Source: Adineta vaga (Eukaryota > Animalia > Rotifera). Taken from it: a stretch of 64,000 nucleotides of DNA. The notes beneath the pieces were generated by a model. The model saw only the letters and a program-made list of their open reading frames with translations, was not told the DNA's origin and did not search any database. A program made the translations under genes and the position numbers. Shown one piece after another: positions 62,005 to 64,000 of the stretch. The first letter of the stretch is position 1, and the number at the start of each line of letters is the position of its first letter. Where the stretch lies: contig CP075496.1 in NCBI GenBank assembly GCA_021613535.1, positions 15,004,001-15,068,000 of the forward strand, written 5' to 3'.

Positions 62005-63657
62005 TTAACATAAATTTAAAAGAATATTTAAAGTAAATTTTCCATCACCAGTCACAGCAATATCAATCTTTCCATCAAGATTAAAATCTCCTGTTATAAT
62101 TGCAACAATATAAGGATCAGTTTGTAATGTTTGATAATGAATAAATGTTCCATCTTGATTATTTAATAAAATATGAATAAAATGATCATAATTATTTGAA
62201 ACAATAATATCAATAAATGAATCATTATTTAAATCAGCAACAGCAACTGGTATCGGAAGACCATTAATATAATATGAATGACGTTTATAAAAATTTCCTT
62301 GTCCATCATTAAATAAAACTTCGACTGTTGATGAACCATGATTAGCAGTAATAATATCAATAAAAGAATCATTATTTATATCAGCAATTGTTATTCCCCA
62401 TGGTGAAATTCCAGTTGAATATGTTTTTCTAGGTTTAAAAAAACCTTTTTTATCATTTATATAAATACTAATTGTATTATCACTATAATCAGTAACAACA
62501 AAATCTAAATAAGAATCTTGATTAAAATCTGCAATTGATACAGCTGTACAATCATGACCAGCTTGATACATTATTGAATAATTAAATGATAAATTATGAT
62601 AATCATAGAAAATAGTTACAGAAGAATCATGATCATTAACAACAACAATATCTAATAAAGAATTTTTATTAAAATCTTCTATATCAAGCCAATATGGATA
62701 ATATTCAATTGGATCATTTCCAACTAAATATTCTTTTATCGAACTAAAACTTCGATTTCCATTATTAATTATAATTCCAATTGTACCAGTATAAAGAAAT
62801 GATATTATTATATCAAATTTATTATCATTATTCATATCTTTAATAGTTACATAAACAGGATTTTGAGGAGTTCGATATATAATTGCTGATTGAAATGTTC
62901 CATTTCCGATACCATAATAAAATCCAACTGCACTTTCTCCTCGAAAAATAACAGCAATATCAAGATAAAGATCTTCATCTATATAACCAGTACTTAATGA
63001 CCAAGGAGTATTTCCAGTTAAATAACTTGAATAATTTGAAAATTGTATTGGATTACATAAAATAACTAAAAGAATTTTTTGATTTAATTTAATTATTAAA
63101 ATTAAAATTAAATTAATTACTTTGAGATATATTCTTTATTGGAATTGATGGTGTTACTAAAGAAATTTATTTTAATTATTTTCTTTTCGTCTTCACTTAC
63201 TTTCTGTTGAATTTAGTTTAATTTCAGTTGTTTTTTTAGATCTTTTTGAAACAATTGTTGTTTCTAAAAATAATTATCATTATAATACTCTTCTGTTCGA
63301 ATTCTCTCACTATAATTGAGGGTGTGTGAGTATTAGATAGTTAAAATATACACATGTACATCCTCAAGATTGATGTATAATTTTTGAAGAGATTTTAAAA
63401 AAATGAATATTCTTACCGATATTATATTTCGTATTATTGACAAAAAAAACTGCTTGAATACGAAGAAAGATAATGACAATAATAATACTAATAAAGATAA
63501 ATATTGGTATTATAAAACAACTCCAAAGAAGAAATCGAGATCTTTTTGATATAGGATTTTCTCTTCAATAAATTTATATTTTAAAAAAAATATATATTAA
63601 TTCAATAGTTAAGTATTACTTTGAAGACAATATTTCTTCATTTGATAATTGTTCCAT
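62005..63657 (-). CDS. FG-GAP/VCBS-repeat protein with N-terminal TM segment (multi-exon; 5' structure uncertain)
   Basis: Repeated D-[FIL]-N-x-D-xx-[LI]-D-[IF] motifs; upstream short exons and a hydrophobic exon at about 63420-63570. Confidence 0.75.
63316..63368. repeat. Telomere-like hairpin junction motif (copy 19), in a predicted intron
   Basis: TTGAGGGTGTGTGAGT ... ACACATGTACATCCTCAAG. Confidence 0.85.
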
Positions 63658-64000
63658 TGATATTCATATACTTATGAAATATATTTTCTTGAAAGTGACG
63701 AAGTATAGATCAGTAAAAACTTAATTACAGAAATTGTTAATAACAAATAAGACTTTCTTTTGCATAGACACTTTTTTTTCTTTTTTAATTTTTAAAATTA
63801 TTTAATATCAGACAAGAAAAAGAAGTGTTATTCACTCAAATAATTGTTTTTCTATTATACTGATGAATATAATCAATGTATTTCTTTATATTTGTCTTTA
63901 TTTAATAATCAATTGATCTTCGAAAAAAGATCTAATAACTTCTTCATTTTGAATAAGAGTCGAAATATTCATTAAATCAAAACAATTTATGATGTACAAA

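Noticed and set aside
5518-63368. CRISPR interpretation of the recurring motif
   Set aside because: Copies are kilobases apart, degenerate and inverted-repeat in form; no cas genes; eukaryotic context.

Overview
AT-rich eukaryotic DNA with short GT-AG introns. The gene content (NHL, Kelch, FG-GAP, PAN/Apple, ART-TPR, foreign-looking enzymes) suggests a bdelloid rotifer accessory or subtelomere-like region; this is inferred, not searched. The window holds about 25 unrelated genes and pseudogenes, several MITEs, a truncated U6, and one young Ty3/Gypsy LTR retrotransposon (54129-60178) with 169-bp LTRs, an AATAT target-site duplication and a small third ORF. The most striking unexplained structure is a family of about 19 short (mostly 45-90 bp) imperfect hairpins: (C)TTGAGGGTGTGGGT, a variable spacer, then ACCCACACCCTCAA(G). 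The arms are built from TGAGGG/TGTGGG, the known bdelloid telomere hexamers, in head-to-head fusion orientation. They recur every 1-7 kb, mostly between gene units, and coincide with abrupt truncations of U6 and of two protein genes. They are candidates for telomere-seeded fusion scars or attC-like junctions of a gene-cassette assembly. All coordinates were read by eye.
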